Part shown: piece after piece, positions 25,710-35,077 of the stretch
Position numbering within the stretch: the first letter of the stretch is position 1
Layout: every line of letters begins with the position of its first letter
Assembly (NCBI GenBank): GCA_052146895.1
Contig: JBKQLZ010000116.1
Span: 1 to 52,848, forward strand
DNA from: Acidimicrobiales bacterium
Lineage (GTDB): Bacteria > Actinomycetota > Acidimicrobiia > Acidimicrobiales > Bog-793
Direction: 5' to 3'
DNA length: 52,848 bases
Program-made: the position numbers and the translations under genes
The notes under the pieces: model-generated
Databases searched by the model: none
Seen by the model: only the letters and a program-made list of their open reading frames with translations
What the model was told of the DNA's origin: nothing

Positions 25710-27739
25710 CTGTCGTCGGACGCAGCGCTCTCGAGCGGTCCGGACTGGACCGAGCCTGCGAGATAGTCGCCGGACAGCTCAGCGCCGGCGGCCACCATCG
25801 ACGCGAGCGCCGCCTCGGTCGTGTCAGCCGCCACTCCGGCGGTGAGATCGAGCAGGACTCGCACATCAAAGCCCAGCTGACAGGCATCGAGCACCGTCGC
25901 GCGCACGCAGTGGTCCGCCGCCAGCCCGCAGACGTCAATGCGTTGGATGCCCCGCTCGGCGAGGTACGAGCCGAGCATCGCTCCCTCGGGGTCGCGGCCC
26001 TCGAAGCCGGAGTACGCCGCGTGCTCGGCACCCTTGTCGAAGACAGCGTCGAAGTCAGTCCCCGCGACCAACGGGTGCAGCTCCGCGCCTGCGCTGCCCG
26101 CCACACAATGCACCGGCCACGACGTGACGTGGTCGGGCGCCTCGCCCGGTTGGGCGAAATGGCGACCGGGGTTCACGTGCCAGTCCCGCGTAGCGACCAC
26201 TGCCGCATACTCCGAGCGGGATGAGTGCACCAGGGCTGCAATGCGCTCCGCGACCTCGTTCCCCCCGTCGATCGCGAGCGAGCCACCTTCGCAGAAGTCG
26301 CGCTGGACGTCGACCACGATGAGAGCGACCGGACCCAGCGAGTTGTCGTGATCGAAGTGCGACGCCAGCCGCGCATCCTCGAAGCCGGAAGAGCGCTCGG
26401 CTTCGGACGACCCCGCACCGCCGTAGCGCGTCGGGATGAGCGGCTCCCCCGGTCTTAGGTCGAAGGCGTTCAAGCCGAGCTCGCGCACGGACCACCGATG
26501 GTGCTCACGCGCGTCCAGCAGGGTCGGCACCTGCTCGAGATGTCCGTCGGTCATCGCCCGGTGTTGCAAGTCGCGCGCCTGCCACCCCGCTGGCATCCCC
26601 GCGTCGTCCTCGTCGGCGCCGGCGGGAAGCACGTACTCGACGCGGGCGACGCCTTCGTCGTCTATCCAGCGCGAGGCGCGCTTGCGGGCACCGAGGGAGT
26701 GTTTGGAGGGGGAGAGTTTCTCTACGGGGCGGAGCTCTGTCGAGTGCTCACTCACGGCGATGGCGACGAGCTTGTAGACGAACGAGGCCGTGGGAGCGCC
26801 CGAGCCGGTGACGACCCGGGTCCCGACACCGTACGCGTCGGCCGGGGCGCCGGAGAGAGCCTCGATCGAGTACTCGTCGAGGTCGGACGTGATGACGATG
26901 CCGGTCTCGTGCGCCCCGAGGTCGTCGAGGAGCGAGCGGGCAGCGCGCGCCTCTGCTACGAGGTCTCCCGAGTCGAGCCTGATGGCACCCGGTCCGGGCG
27001 CTCCTCGCTCACGGGCGAGCTCGACTGCGGTCTTGATCGCCTTCGATGTGTCGTAGGTGTCGACGAGGAGCGTCGTGCCTACTCCCATGACATCGAGCTG
27101 GGCGGAGAAGGCTTCGCGCTCGTCGTCGTGTGCGAGAACGAACGCGTGCGCTGCAGTTCCCGTCGTCGGGATGCCGTAAGTTCGCCCGGCTTCGAGGTTC
27201 GAGGTCGAGGCGAAGCCGGCGAGGTAAGCCGCCCTGGCCGCAGCAACCGCAGCAAGCTCGCTCGTGCGGCGCGAGCCCATCTCGATGACCGGCCTGCCCG
27301 CAGCCGCACCGACCATGCGGGACGCGGCTCCCCCGACGGCCGAGTCGAAGTTGCAGATCGAGAGCACAAGGGTCTCGAGGATCACCGCCTGGCCGAACGT
27401 CGCCTCGATCGTGAGCACCGGGCTGCCGGGGAAGTAGCACTCACCCTCGGCATACGCGTCAATCGACCCCGCGAAACGATAGTCCTCCAACCACTCGATC
27501 GTCCTCTCGTCGACGATCTCCTCCTGCTCGAGGAAGTCCAGCTCGTCGGGCCCGAAGCGGAACTGTTCGATGCTCGCGAGCAAGCGCCCCAAGCCGGCGA
27601 AGACCCCGTAACGGCGCCCAGGCGGCAGCGAGCGGGCGAAGACCTCGAAGACCGCACGGCGGTCGGCGACGCCCGACCTGATGGCCGCGTCCAGCATGGT
27701 TAGCTCGTAACGATCGGTGAGCAGCGCCGTCGATGCCAT
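25706..27739 (-). CDS. pncB-pncA: Fused nicotinate phosphoribosyltransferase (PncB) - nicotinamidase (PncA)
   Basis: N-terminal PncB: ALLTDRYELTM, EMGSRR, GTAAHAF, LLVDTYD, IRLDSGD, YGVGT, VYKLV. C-terminal PncA: VVDVQRDF, TRDWH, WPVHC, FDKG, YSGF, GLAADHCV. One uninterrupted 677-aa frame. Confidence 0.9.
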   Translation of the reverse strand: MASTALLTDRYELTMLDAAIRSGVADRRAVFEVFARSLPPGRRYGVFAGLGRLLASIEQFRFGPDELDFLEQEEIVDERTIEWLEDYRFAGSIDAYAEGECYFPGSPVLTIEATFGQAVILETLVLSICNFDSAVGGAASRMVGAAAGRPVIEMGSRRTSELAAVAAARAAYLAGFASTSNLEAGRTYGIPTTGTAAHAFVLAHDDEREAFSAQLDVMGVGTTLLVDTYDTSKAIKTAVELARERGAPGPGAIRLDSGDLVAEARAARSLLDDLGAHETGIVITSDLDEYSIEALSGAPADAYGVGTRVVTGSGAPTASFVYKLVAIAVSEHSTELRPVEKLSPSKHSLGARKRASRWIDDEGVARVEYVLPAGADEDDAGMPAGWQARDLQHRAMTDGHLEQVPTLLDAREHHRWSVRELGLNAFDLRPGEPLIPTRYGGAGSSEAERSSGFEDARLASHFDHDNSLGPVALIVVDVQRDFCEGGSLAIDGGNEVAERIAALVHSSRSEYAAVVATRDWHVNPGRHFAQPGEAPDHVTSWPVHCVAGSAGAELHPLVAGTDFDAVFDKGAEHAAYSGFEGRDPEGAMLGSYLAERGIQRIDVCGLAADHCVRATVLDACQLGFDVRVLLDLTAGVAADTTEAALASMVAAGAELSGDYLAGSVQSGPLESAASDDR

Positions 27740-27777
27740 CGCAGGCGTGACGCTAGCCGCGGCGCGTGGCGGCGGCG

Positions 27778-28602
27778 CTAGGAATTCGCCGCCCCTTCGC
27801 GGGCTCCCGCGCCGAGATAACGAGCCAACTGGCGGCTCTCGCCCACCAGCACGCCGGAGGTGTCCCAGAGCTCGCCGTTCTCGTCCACGTACCCACCTGC
27901 GAGCGTCCGCGTCTCGAAACGTCCGTAGCACCAGTCCGACGACGGCTTGTTGCGCCAATGCACCGTGAGCTCGATCGTCGGCACCCCTATCGGATCGGGC
28001 TGCATCGTGCGGTTGAAGACCGCCGGCGGCCAGCAGTCCAAGAACAGGGCAACTGCCAAGGCGTCGGTCGCGCGCCCGTCTGCGAGCCGGGTCCATCCGC
28101 CCGTCATCGCCTCGCCCGCCCTCGTCCTCAGAAAGAACAGATCGTCGCCTTTGGCAGCACGGGTCTCCAAGCGCTCCCACAAGGTCGGCGACTCCCCTAT
28201 CCGCCGTACCGCGATGGACTCCCCTGGCTCTGGAACGACGGGCGCGGGCGGCTGAAAATCCATCGGACCAGCATCACGCAGCCGGCCGACCGTCACGAGC
28301 GAGGCGCAACGGACCTCGCCTTCCTGGACAAGCTCGGCGCGGTAGCTGGCGTGCCCCCGCCCGACCCGCAGTGTCGTCACCGTCACCTCGCACGGGCCCT
28401 CGAGCGGGCGCGCCATGTAGTGGATCGTCATGGTGACGGGATCCGGCAGCGGGCTCTCCGAGAGCACCGCACGCAAGATGACAGCGGCGAGGTACCCGCC
28501 GTTCGGTCCTGCCCCGACCATCCACCGGCCTGTGATGGTCCCGGCGTACACGCCGGGTGCCCGGGCCTCGAGGGCGGTGTCCTCGTCCAACTCGAAGCTC
28601 AC
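27778..28602 (-). CDS. Acyl-CoA thioesterase family protein (double hotdog)
   Basis: Motifs W.VGAGPNGGY, LRVGR, LDCWPPA, PTIELTVH, ELWD..G.LVGESRQLA. GTGA overlap with the padR stop. Confidence 0.85.
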   Translation of the reverse strand: MSFELDEDTALEARAPGVYAGTITGRWMVGAGPNGGYLAAVILRAVLSESPLPDPVTMTIHYMARPLEGPCEVTVTTLRVGRGHASYRAELVQEGEVRCASLVTVGRLRDAGPMDFQPPAPVVPEPGESIAVRRIGESPTLWERLETRAAKGDDLFFLRTRAGEAMTGGWTRLADGRATDALAVALFLDCWPPAVFNRTMQPDPIGVPTIELTVHWRNKPSSDWCYGRFETRTLAGGYVDENGELWDTSGVLVGESRQLARYLGAGAREGAANS

Positions 28603-29141
28603 TGGGTCCTCCTTGACAGTTCCTCTCGGGCCCAGTCGATCCACTCCACGAGCCCGCGCTCGTAACGAATGCCCGCCTCGAGCATGATCCGCTGGGAGTT
28701 CAGCTCCGGGCTCCTGCGCCAGTTCATGATGTCCGCTGCCTCGGCGTAGCGCTCGTAGCGGGCCAGCTGGGTCTTGTGAAATGTCTGCTCCCGGTCGAGG
28801 AGTGCCAGCACTTCGGTATCGGGCAGCAACCACCAGAAGAAACCCTGCAGCATCACCTCCACCCGCAACTCTCGCCCTGGATCGCCCTTCCGCAACCAGG
28901 CGACGACTTCCTCCCGGCCCGCATCGGTCGCGGCGTAGACCTTGCGACCGCGCGGGCCTGACCCGACCTGCTCGATCAACCCCTCAGCGGCCAGGCGCGC
29001 AAGCTCCGGATAGATCTGCGAGTGCTTGGCGGACCATACGTTGGCAAGGGTGAGGTCGAACTCGCGCGCCAGGTCATAGCCGGAAAGCTCACGGCCGCAG
29101 AGCAGCCCAAGGATCCCGTGCCGGAGACTCACGGGCGACAT
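28599..29141 (-). CDS. PadR family transcriptional regulator (long C-terminus)
   Basis: Motifs LRHGILGLL, SGYDL, HSQIYPELARL, RKVYAATDAG, LEAGIRY. Start ATG 29141 or GTG 29132. Confidence 0.9.
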   Translation of the reverse strand: MSPVSLRHGILGLLCGRELSGYDLAREFDLTLANVWSAKHSQIYPELARLAAEGLIEQVGSGPRGRKVYAATDAGREEVVAWLRKGDPGRELRVEVMLQGFFWWLLPDTEVLALLDREQTFHKTQLARYERYAEAADIMNWRRSPELNSQRIMLEAGIRYERGLVEWIDWAREELSRRTQ

Positions 29142-29162
29142 GGTCACATGGTCTGGAGTGAA

Positions 29163-29206
29163 GTGCAACAGTTGACATGTCAAGTCTTACATGTTAAGAG
29201 TTACCT
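29163..29206. promoter_or_regulatory. Putative PadR operator array
   Basis: Perfect palindrome TTGACATGTCAA (29172-29183) and ATGT-N8-ACAT (29177-29192). Degenerate copies at 14-bp phase: GTGC-N8-ACAT and ATGT-N8-ACCT. Lies in the AT-rich divergent gap. Confidence 0.7.
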
Positions 29207-29246
29207 ATCGCCCCTGAATTAACATTCTGATCCGGAGGACCACCCG

Positions 29247-30665
29247 ATGACGGCCACTGAGTCACGCGCGGAGCAGCCACAGCCCGAAGCTGAGTTCGTG
29301 AACCGCTACCTGACTGGCGCGTTTGCGCCTGTCGACGAGGAAGTCACGGCTTTTGACCTCCCGGTGGAGGGTGAGGTTCCTGAGGCGGTCGACGGCTGGT
29401 ACCTCCGCAATGGCCCCAACCCCATCTCACCCGACCCGCGCGCCTACCACTGGTTCACCGGCGCGGGGATGCTGCACGGGATCGAGCTCTCGGGCGGGAA
29501 AGCGCGCTCGTACAGGAACCGTTGGGTTCGCAGCGACCAGACCGCTGCGGCACTCGGCGAGAAGCCGATCGCGGGGCAGGTCGACGACACGATCATGAGC
29601 GAGCTCACGGGGAACGTCGCCAACACGAACATCGTCGCTCACGCCGGCAAGCTGCTCGCCCTCGTCGAAGTGAACCTCCCGACCGAGGTCAACTGCAACC
29701 TCGACACGGTCGGTCGCTTCGACTTCGGCGGACGGTTGCGTTCGTCGATGACAGCGCACCCGCACACGGATCCCGTGACAGGAGAGATGTGTTTCTTCGG
29801 GTATGAGGTTGTCGGTCCCCCGTACCTCCGGTACCACGTCGCCGACGCCGAGGGGGCTCTCGTTCACTCGGCGGAGATCACGGTCCCGAAGCCGACGATG
29901 ATGCACGACTTCGCCATCACCGAGACTCGGGCGATCTTCATGGACCTGCCAGTCGTGTTCGACCTCGATCTGCTCGGCCACCGCCCGTTCCCCGCTGCCT
30001 GGGCCCCCGACAATGGTGCACGGATCGGCGTCATGCCCCGGCGCGGCACGGATTCGGACGTCATCTGGTGCGACCTCGAGCCGTGCTACGTCTTCCACGT
30101 CCTCAACGCGTTCGACTCGGGCGACGACGTCGTTCTCGACGTCTGCCGCTACGAGACGATGTTCAACGAGGACCTGCACGGCGTCGGCGGCGGCCCTGCT
30201 CGCCTCGAGCGATGGACCGTCAGCCCGTCCTCGCGCAAGGTGTCGGTCGACCTCGTCTCTAAGTTGCCGGTGGAGTTTCCGAGGCCCGATGAGCGTTACT
30301 TCGCGCGGGAGCACCGGTTCGGGTTCTTCTCGTCCCCGAGGATGACCGACGGGTCGCTCGGCTCGGCTTCCGGCATGGCGCTCGCGAAGGTCGACCTGCG
30401 CACCGGCGGCGTCGAGGTGCACGACTTCGGCCCCGGCGCGATCTCCGGCGAGGGCGTGTTCGTGCCCGCCTCGGCTGACGCTGCAGAGGGCGAGGGGTAT
30501 GTGATCTCGATCGTCGCCGACGCTGCCGCCAAGCGGCCTAGCGATCTCGTCGTGCTCGATGCAACCGACTTCACCGCGGCGCCGCTCGCTACCGTCCACC
30601 TTCCGGCCCGTGTACCTCTCGGCTTCCACGGCAACTTCGTGCCACGCGGAGCGCTCGCCCGATAG
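29247..30665 (+). CDS. Carotenoid cleavage oxygenase family dioxygenase
   Basis: Motifs YLRNGPNP, HWFTG.GMLHG, EFPR, GEGVFVP and four Fe-ligand His motifs (TAHPH, MMHDF, VFHVLNA, GFHG). GGAGG SD. Confidence 0.92.
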   Translation: MTATESRAEQPQPEAEFVNRYLTGAFAPVDEEVTAFDLPVEGEVPEAVDGWYLRNGPNPISPDPRAYHWFTGAGMLHGIELSGGKARSYRNRWVRSDQTAAALGEKPIAGQVDDTIMSELTGNVANTNIVAHAGKLLALVEVNLPTEVNCNLDTVGRFDFGGRLRSSMTAHPHTDPVTGEMCFFGYEVVGPPYLRYHVADAEGALVHSAEITVPKPTMMHDFAITETRAIFMDLPVVFDLDLLGHRPFPAAWAPDNGARIGVMPRRGTDSDVIWCDLEPCYVFHVLNAFDSGDDVVLDVCRYETMFNEDLHGVGGGPARLERWTVSPSSRKVSVDLVSKLPVEFPRPDERYFAREHRFGFFSSPRMTDGSLGSASGMALAKVDLRTGGVEVHDFGPGAISGEGVFVPASADAAEGEGYVISIVADAAAKRPSDLVVLDATDFTAAPLATVHLPARVPLGFHGNFVPRGALAR

Positions 30666-30807
30666 GTAAACCTCGCTGCAAGCCCGAGGCCTCTTCGTGC
30701 GTCTTTGGAGAGGCGGGTGAGAAGCGCGTCACATTCCACGCCCGGGGGCGTTTGAGTGTGAGAATCGGGGCCTGCCGCCGAAGGGCGGCCTGGCAGAGGG
30801 AGAGACC

Positions 30808-32751
30808 ATGCTCCGACGCACGGTCAGGCGACGGGTTGCGGGCTCAGCGGCGGTGATCGCCTACGTGGCGGCTCTCATGGCAGCGTCGCTCGGGGCGGCA
30901 GGGGCGGCAGGCACTACGGGTGGGCTCACGAGCCGCGGCGTAACGGTGCCGCCATCGGGCGGCACCGTGAACTGGGCCGAGGCCGCTTACTCGCCGCCAA
31001 ACTGGATCTTCCCTTTCGCCCCCATCTACTACGACAGTGTCGCCAACCTGACTCAGTTCCAGCAGCTGATGTTCCGGCCTCTCTACTGGTTTGGCCAAGT
31101 AACGAGCGCCGACCCGACCTTCGACGAGTCCTTGTCCCTTGCCGACACGCCGGTGTGGAGCAGCGGCGACAGGACAGTCACCATCAGGCTGAAGGGCTGG
31201 AAGTGGTCCGACGGCACGACCGTCGGCGCTCGGTCGGTCATGTTCTGGCTCAACATGCTGGTGGCCGAGAAGATGCAGTACGGCAATTACGAACCGGGCG
31301 GGATTCCCGACAACATCAAGAGCTACTCGGCCGACGCAACTACCGATACGGTGACGCTGAACCTGACGCGGGCGTACAGCACCAACTGGTACCTGTACAA
31401 CGAGCTGTCCCAGATCACTCCGATGCCGACAGCATGGGACATCACGAAGGTCGGTGCGACGGCAGGCTCGGGCGGTTGTTCGACGATGACACCGACGAAG
31501 ACCACCGCGAGCGCTTGCGCCAAGGTCTGGACGTTCCTCACCGACAACGGTGGTAAGTCAACTCATCCGGCAGAGGCCGCCGATCTCGCAACCTACGGGA
31601 CCAACCCGCTCTGGCAGGTCGTCGACGGTCCGTGGCAGCTCGAGTCGTTCAGCATCGCCGGCAAGGCGACTTTCGTCCCGAACGCTCAGTACTCCGGGCC
31701 CCAGCATCCCTACCTCGACAAGTTCGTGGAGGTGCCGTACGCCTCCGATGTCGCCGAGTTCGACGCTCTCGCGGCAGGCGGCCCCGGTGCGCCCGACGTG
31801 GGCTACATACCATCGCAGGACGTGCCCCAGAACGACGGTGGCCTCGGATCTGTAGGCAAGAACAACGCAGAAGTCTCATCGGACTTCACACTCGTGCCCG
31901 TCTACGGCTGGACTATCAACTACTTCCCGGAGAACTTCAACTCGAACGGTGACGACGGCAACGCCGGGCCGATCTTCAAGCAGCTCTACTTCCGCCAGGC
32001 GTTGCAAGACCTCGTAGACCAGACCGGAATTATCCATTCGTACGAGAAGGGCTACGGCGTGCCGACGTACGGGCCGGTCCCGATCTACCCGAAGAACAGC
32101 TTCGTCTCGAAGTCAGAGGCGAAGAACAAGTATCCCTACAGCCTGGCGAACGCGGAGAACTTGCTCACTTCCCATGGCTGGACGCTCCACCCAGGCGGGA
32201 TCTCAGTCTGCAAGATCGGCTCGAAATGCGGGGCGGGCATCACAGACGGCGCCGAGCTGAACTTCACAGAGCTGTATGCGGAGGGTACCGAGCTGATCCA
32301 GCAGACAGTCGACGCCGAGGCCTCGGCATGGGACCTGGCCGGCATCAAGGTCTCGCTCAAGGGCACCACGTTCGACAACGTCCTGACCACGGCTGTCCCT
32401 TGCGACCACAAGCAAGCAGACTGTTCGTGGGAGTTCGCCAACTGGGGCGGCGGCTGGCTCTACTCGCCCGACTACCTCCCGACCGGCGAAGACCTCTTAG
32501 CCACCGGCGCAAGCAACAACTACGGCAGCTACTCGAACGCGACCACCGACAGGTTGATCGAGCAGACCACCTTGTCGAGCAGCCTCTCGTTCCTCACCCA
32601 GTACGAGAACTACGTCGCGCACGACCTTCCCGTCGTCTGGCAACCCAACGGCGCCAATGCCTTTGCAGAGGTCTCCGACAAGGTTGGTGGCGTCACCCCG
32701 ATCAATGCACTGCTGAATCTGACTCCCGAGTACTGGTACTTCAAGGCCTGA
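30808..32751 (+). CDS. Peptide/nickel-type ABC transporter substrate-binding protein (family 5), orphan
   Basis: PNWIFP, MFRPLYW, WKWSDG, VDGPW.L, YFRQALQ, N.GSYS and LPVVWQP. N-terminal signal peptide without a lipobox Cys. Confidence 0.85.
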   Translation: MLRRTVRRRVAGSAAVIAYVAALMAASLGAAGAAGTTGGLTSRGVTVPPSGGTVNWAEAAYSPPNWIFPFAPIYYDSVANLTQFQQLMFRPLYWFGQVTSADPTFDESLSLADTPVWSSGDRTVTIRLKGWKWSDGTTVGARSVMFWLNMLVAEKMQYGNYEPGGIPDNIKSYSADATTDTVTLNLTRAYSTNWYLYNELSQITPMPTAWDITKVGATAGSGGCSTMTPTKTTASACAKVWTFLTDNGGKSTHPAEAADLATYGTNPLWQVVDGPWQLESFSIAGKATFVPNAQYSGPQHPYLDKFVEVPYASDVAEFDALAAGGPGAPDVGYIPSQDVPQNDGGLGSVGKNNAEVSSDFTLVPVYGWTINYFPENFNSNGDDGNAGPIFKQLYFRQALQDLVDQTGIIHSYEKGYGVPTYGPVPIYPKNSFVSKSEAKNKYPYSLANAENLLTSHGWTLHPGGISVCKIGSKCGAGITDGAELNFTELYAEGTELIQQTVDAEASAWDLAGIKVSLKGTTFDNVLTTAVPCDHKQADCSWEFANWGGGWLYSPDYLPTGEDLLATGASNNYGSYSNATTDRLIEQTTLSSSLSFLTQYENYVAHDLPVVWQPNGANAFAEVSDKVGGVTPINALLNLTPEYWYFKA

Positions 32752-32811
32752 GGGCTCGGCTCGACCGCCAGAATTGGTGGTTCACGAAGCAGTCCCGCGA
32801 GACTGCCGCGC

Positions 32812-33228
32812 ATGAACGGCCCTCAGCTCGCCACCGCACTCACCGCTGTGCGGCTGAGCCTCCACGTGCTCGCAGCAACGGTCTGGGTCGGCGGGCAGAT
32901 CACCGTCGGCGGTCTCCTTCCCACGATCCGCAAGCTCGGGGAGGACGCTTCGAGGAAGGTGGCGCAAGCCTTCGGACGCGTGCAGTGGCCTGCCTACGGC
33001 CTCCTGCTCATCACCGGCATCTGGAACCTGTCGGCCGACCACGTGAACAAGGCGGGCAGCACCTGGAAGGTCGTCCTCGGCGTCAAGATCGCAGTCGTTC
33101 TCGTGGCTGGCGGGGCGGCGTTCCTACACCAGAGGTCGAAGTCCAAGGCCGGGCTCGCCATCGGTGGCGCTGTCACGGCGATCGCATCCGTGGCTGCTCT
33201 CGTCCTGGGTGTGCTCCTCGCCGGCTGA
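32812..33228 (+). CDS. Small 4-TM membrane protein (CopD-like)
   Basis: LHVLAATVWVGGQ motif, four hydrophobic segments, VKI..V and FLH motifs. Confidence 0.7.
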   Translation: MNGPQLATALTAVRLSLHVLAATVWVGGQITVGGLLPTIRKLGEDASRKVAQAFGRVQWPAYGLLLITGIWNLSADHVNKAGSTWKVVLGVKIAVVLVAGGAAFLHQRSKSKAGLAIGGAVTAIASVAALVLGVLLAG

Positions 33229-33261
33229 GGCGCGGCTGAGCGCGTGGCTCAGGCCTGACGC

Positions 33262-34392
33262 CTAGGACACGGCCGCCTCGATGCGCGCCGCCACGCTCAC
33301 GAGAAGCTCCTCGCGCCCAGCTGGGGCGACGAGCTGGAGCCCGATCGGCGGCCGACCGGGAGCAGGCACCGGCACCGAGATGGCCGGCAGTCCCGCCTGG
33401 TTCACCGGCGCGCACAGCACGTTGAACCCGCGGAACGGCTGACCTATCTCTGGCGGCCGTCGAGGCAGAGTCGGTAGCGCCAGCACCCCCGCTTGTTCCA
33501 CGAGCCGCACGAAAGCCGGCACCCATGACGCCTTCGCCGCCCGCGCGGCCGCCACTACCCCGGCGTCGTAATCGCACGCTCGGAGGCGCTCGAGCACCTC
33601 GTCCCCGATGCCCTCGCCTCCCGTCTCCTCGACGAGAGCGCCGTCGCTCTGCCAAGCCTCGATCGCCAAGAGCACCTGCTGGTCCCGCCAGGCACCATGC
33701 CAGCCCGCCACCCTGACAGCCGTCACGTCCAGCTCCGCCAGCCGCAGCGCGTCGTCCACGGCTTGGTCGATGACCGGATCCACCTCCACGTCGTCGTCCA
33801 GCCGGGCGCGGGCGACGCGGCCGTCGTGATCACCCGCCGGTTCGAAGCCTGCCTCGAGCAACTTCATCGCCGCCACAACTTGAGCGACCGTCGCGGCGAG
33901 CGGTCCCACCGTGTCGTAGCTCGGGGCGAGCGGCCAGACTCCCTCGAGAGGGACACGGGCGTGCGTCGTCTTCAGGCCCACGACGCCACAGCAGGCTGCC
34001 GGGATCCGGACAGAGCCGCCGGTGTCGGACCCGAGAGCGACATCAGCTTCACCCGTCGCAACGGCGACCGCCGAGCCGGAGGACGACCCGCCCGGGATAC
34101 GACCGGGGTCCGACGGGTTCGGTGGCGTGCCGTACCAAGGGTTGACGCCAGTCACTCCGAACGCCAGCTCGTGAAGATTCACTTTTCCCAGAAGTCGGCC
34201 GCCCGCGGCCCGCACGCTCGTGATGCAGGCCGCATCAGCCATCGCCGGCACGGCGCGGTCCGCCAATGCACGGCAGCCGGCGGTCGTGACCGATCCCTTC
34301 ACGTCGATCAGGTCCTTCACCGCGACTGTCAACCCACCCGCAGTGCCCGCGTCAAGACGTTCGATCCAAACCGCGTCCACCGGCCTCGTCAC
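33262..34392 (-). CDS. Amidase signature family protein
   Basis: Motifs AVKD (catalytic Lys), GKVNLHELAFG, PGGSSSGS, GSDTGGSVRIPA, GLPAISVP, PIGLQL. Confidence 0.9.
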   Translation of the reverse strand: MTRPVDAVWIERLDAGTAGGLTVAVKDLIDVKGSVTTAGCRALADRAVPAMADAACITSVRAAGGRLLGKVNLHELAFGVTGVNPWYGTPPNPSDPGRIPGGSSSGSAVAVATGEADVALGSDTGGSVRIPAACCGVVGLKTTHARVPLEGVWPLAPSYDTVGPLAATVAQVVAAMKLLEAGFEPAGDHDGRVARARLDDDVEVDPVIDQAVDDALRLAELDVTAVRVAGWHGAWRDQQVLLAIEAWQSDGALVEETGGEGIGDEVLERLRACDYDAGVVAAARAAKASWVPAFVRLVEQAGVLALPTLPRRPPEIGQPFRGFNVLCAPVNQAGLPAISVPVPAPGRPPIGLQLVAPAGREELLVSVAARIEAAVS

Positions 34393-34411
34393 CAGCGATC
34401 TCCTGTCCGCT

Positions 34412-34954
34412 TCAACCCGGCCACAGCTCCGCGCGCTCTGGTCCCTTCGGCCCGATCGCGGTCCGTAGGGCGGCGAGGACTGTTCTCGGGCGCACCACGA
34501 GGAGCTCGACAGGAGGGTCGGTCCACGGCAGGGGGACGGTCTCGCCTGGCTTGAACAGGTGCTCGCCGTCAACCCACACCAGGCCCTGATCGGGAAGGAG
34601 CGCCAGCCTGGCGCCTCTCGCGACGGAGGCAAGCTTCGGTGCGATCGGCTTACCTTGGTTCTCTGACCAGGTAATACGCTTGAGACTCCACGTGTTCAAC
34701 AGGCTCTTCTTCCCGATCACCTCTTCGATCTCACGGGGACGGGCCACGCACACGAACACCGCCAGAGGAGAGCCCGCCTCCTTCATGTCTGCGCGCACCG
34801 CTTTCACATCCCGCATGCTGACGTCACCAGTTCCTACCAGCTCAAAGCGCCCGATATCCACGATGTACCAGTCGACCGCCTTCGCTAGCCGGAGCACACG
34901 GGGCCGGCGCTGCCCGTCGACGAGCCCGCCCGGTGGTGAGTTCACAGCCGCCAT
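34412..34954 (-). CDS. Hypothetical protein
   Basis: 180-aa ORF that fills the gap, co-oriented with the amidase (19-nt spacer), with protein-like composition. No motif recognised. Confidence 0.6.
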   Translation of the reverse strand: MAAVNSPPGGLVDGQRRPRVLRLAKAVDWYIVDIGRFELVGTGDVSMRDVKAVRADMKEAGSPLAVFVCVARPREIEEVIGKKSLLNTWSLKRITWSENQGKPIAPKLASVARGARLALLPDQGLVWVDGEHLFKPGETVPLPWTDPPVELLVVRPRTVLAALRTAIGPKGPERAELWPG

Positions 34955-35077
34955 TCTCGCGAGTTGGCATGGGCGTCGCGCCGCGTCCTGACCGCTTTTT
35001 TAGCACGGGCATCCCCCAACGCAGTCCGCCAGTTGACTACCCTGCGTGACCGGCCCCGATTAACAAGTGAGTTGACC

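Noticed and set aside
26-27739. kynU and pncBA as a joint NAD pathway cluster
   Set aside because: About 24 kb apart with unrelated genes between; no other kynurenine or quinolinate genes in the window.
30666-30807. GC-rich hairpins upstream of the ABC binding protein
   Set aside because: Expected at this GC content; no riboswitch consensus recognised.
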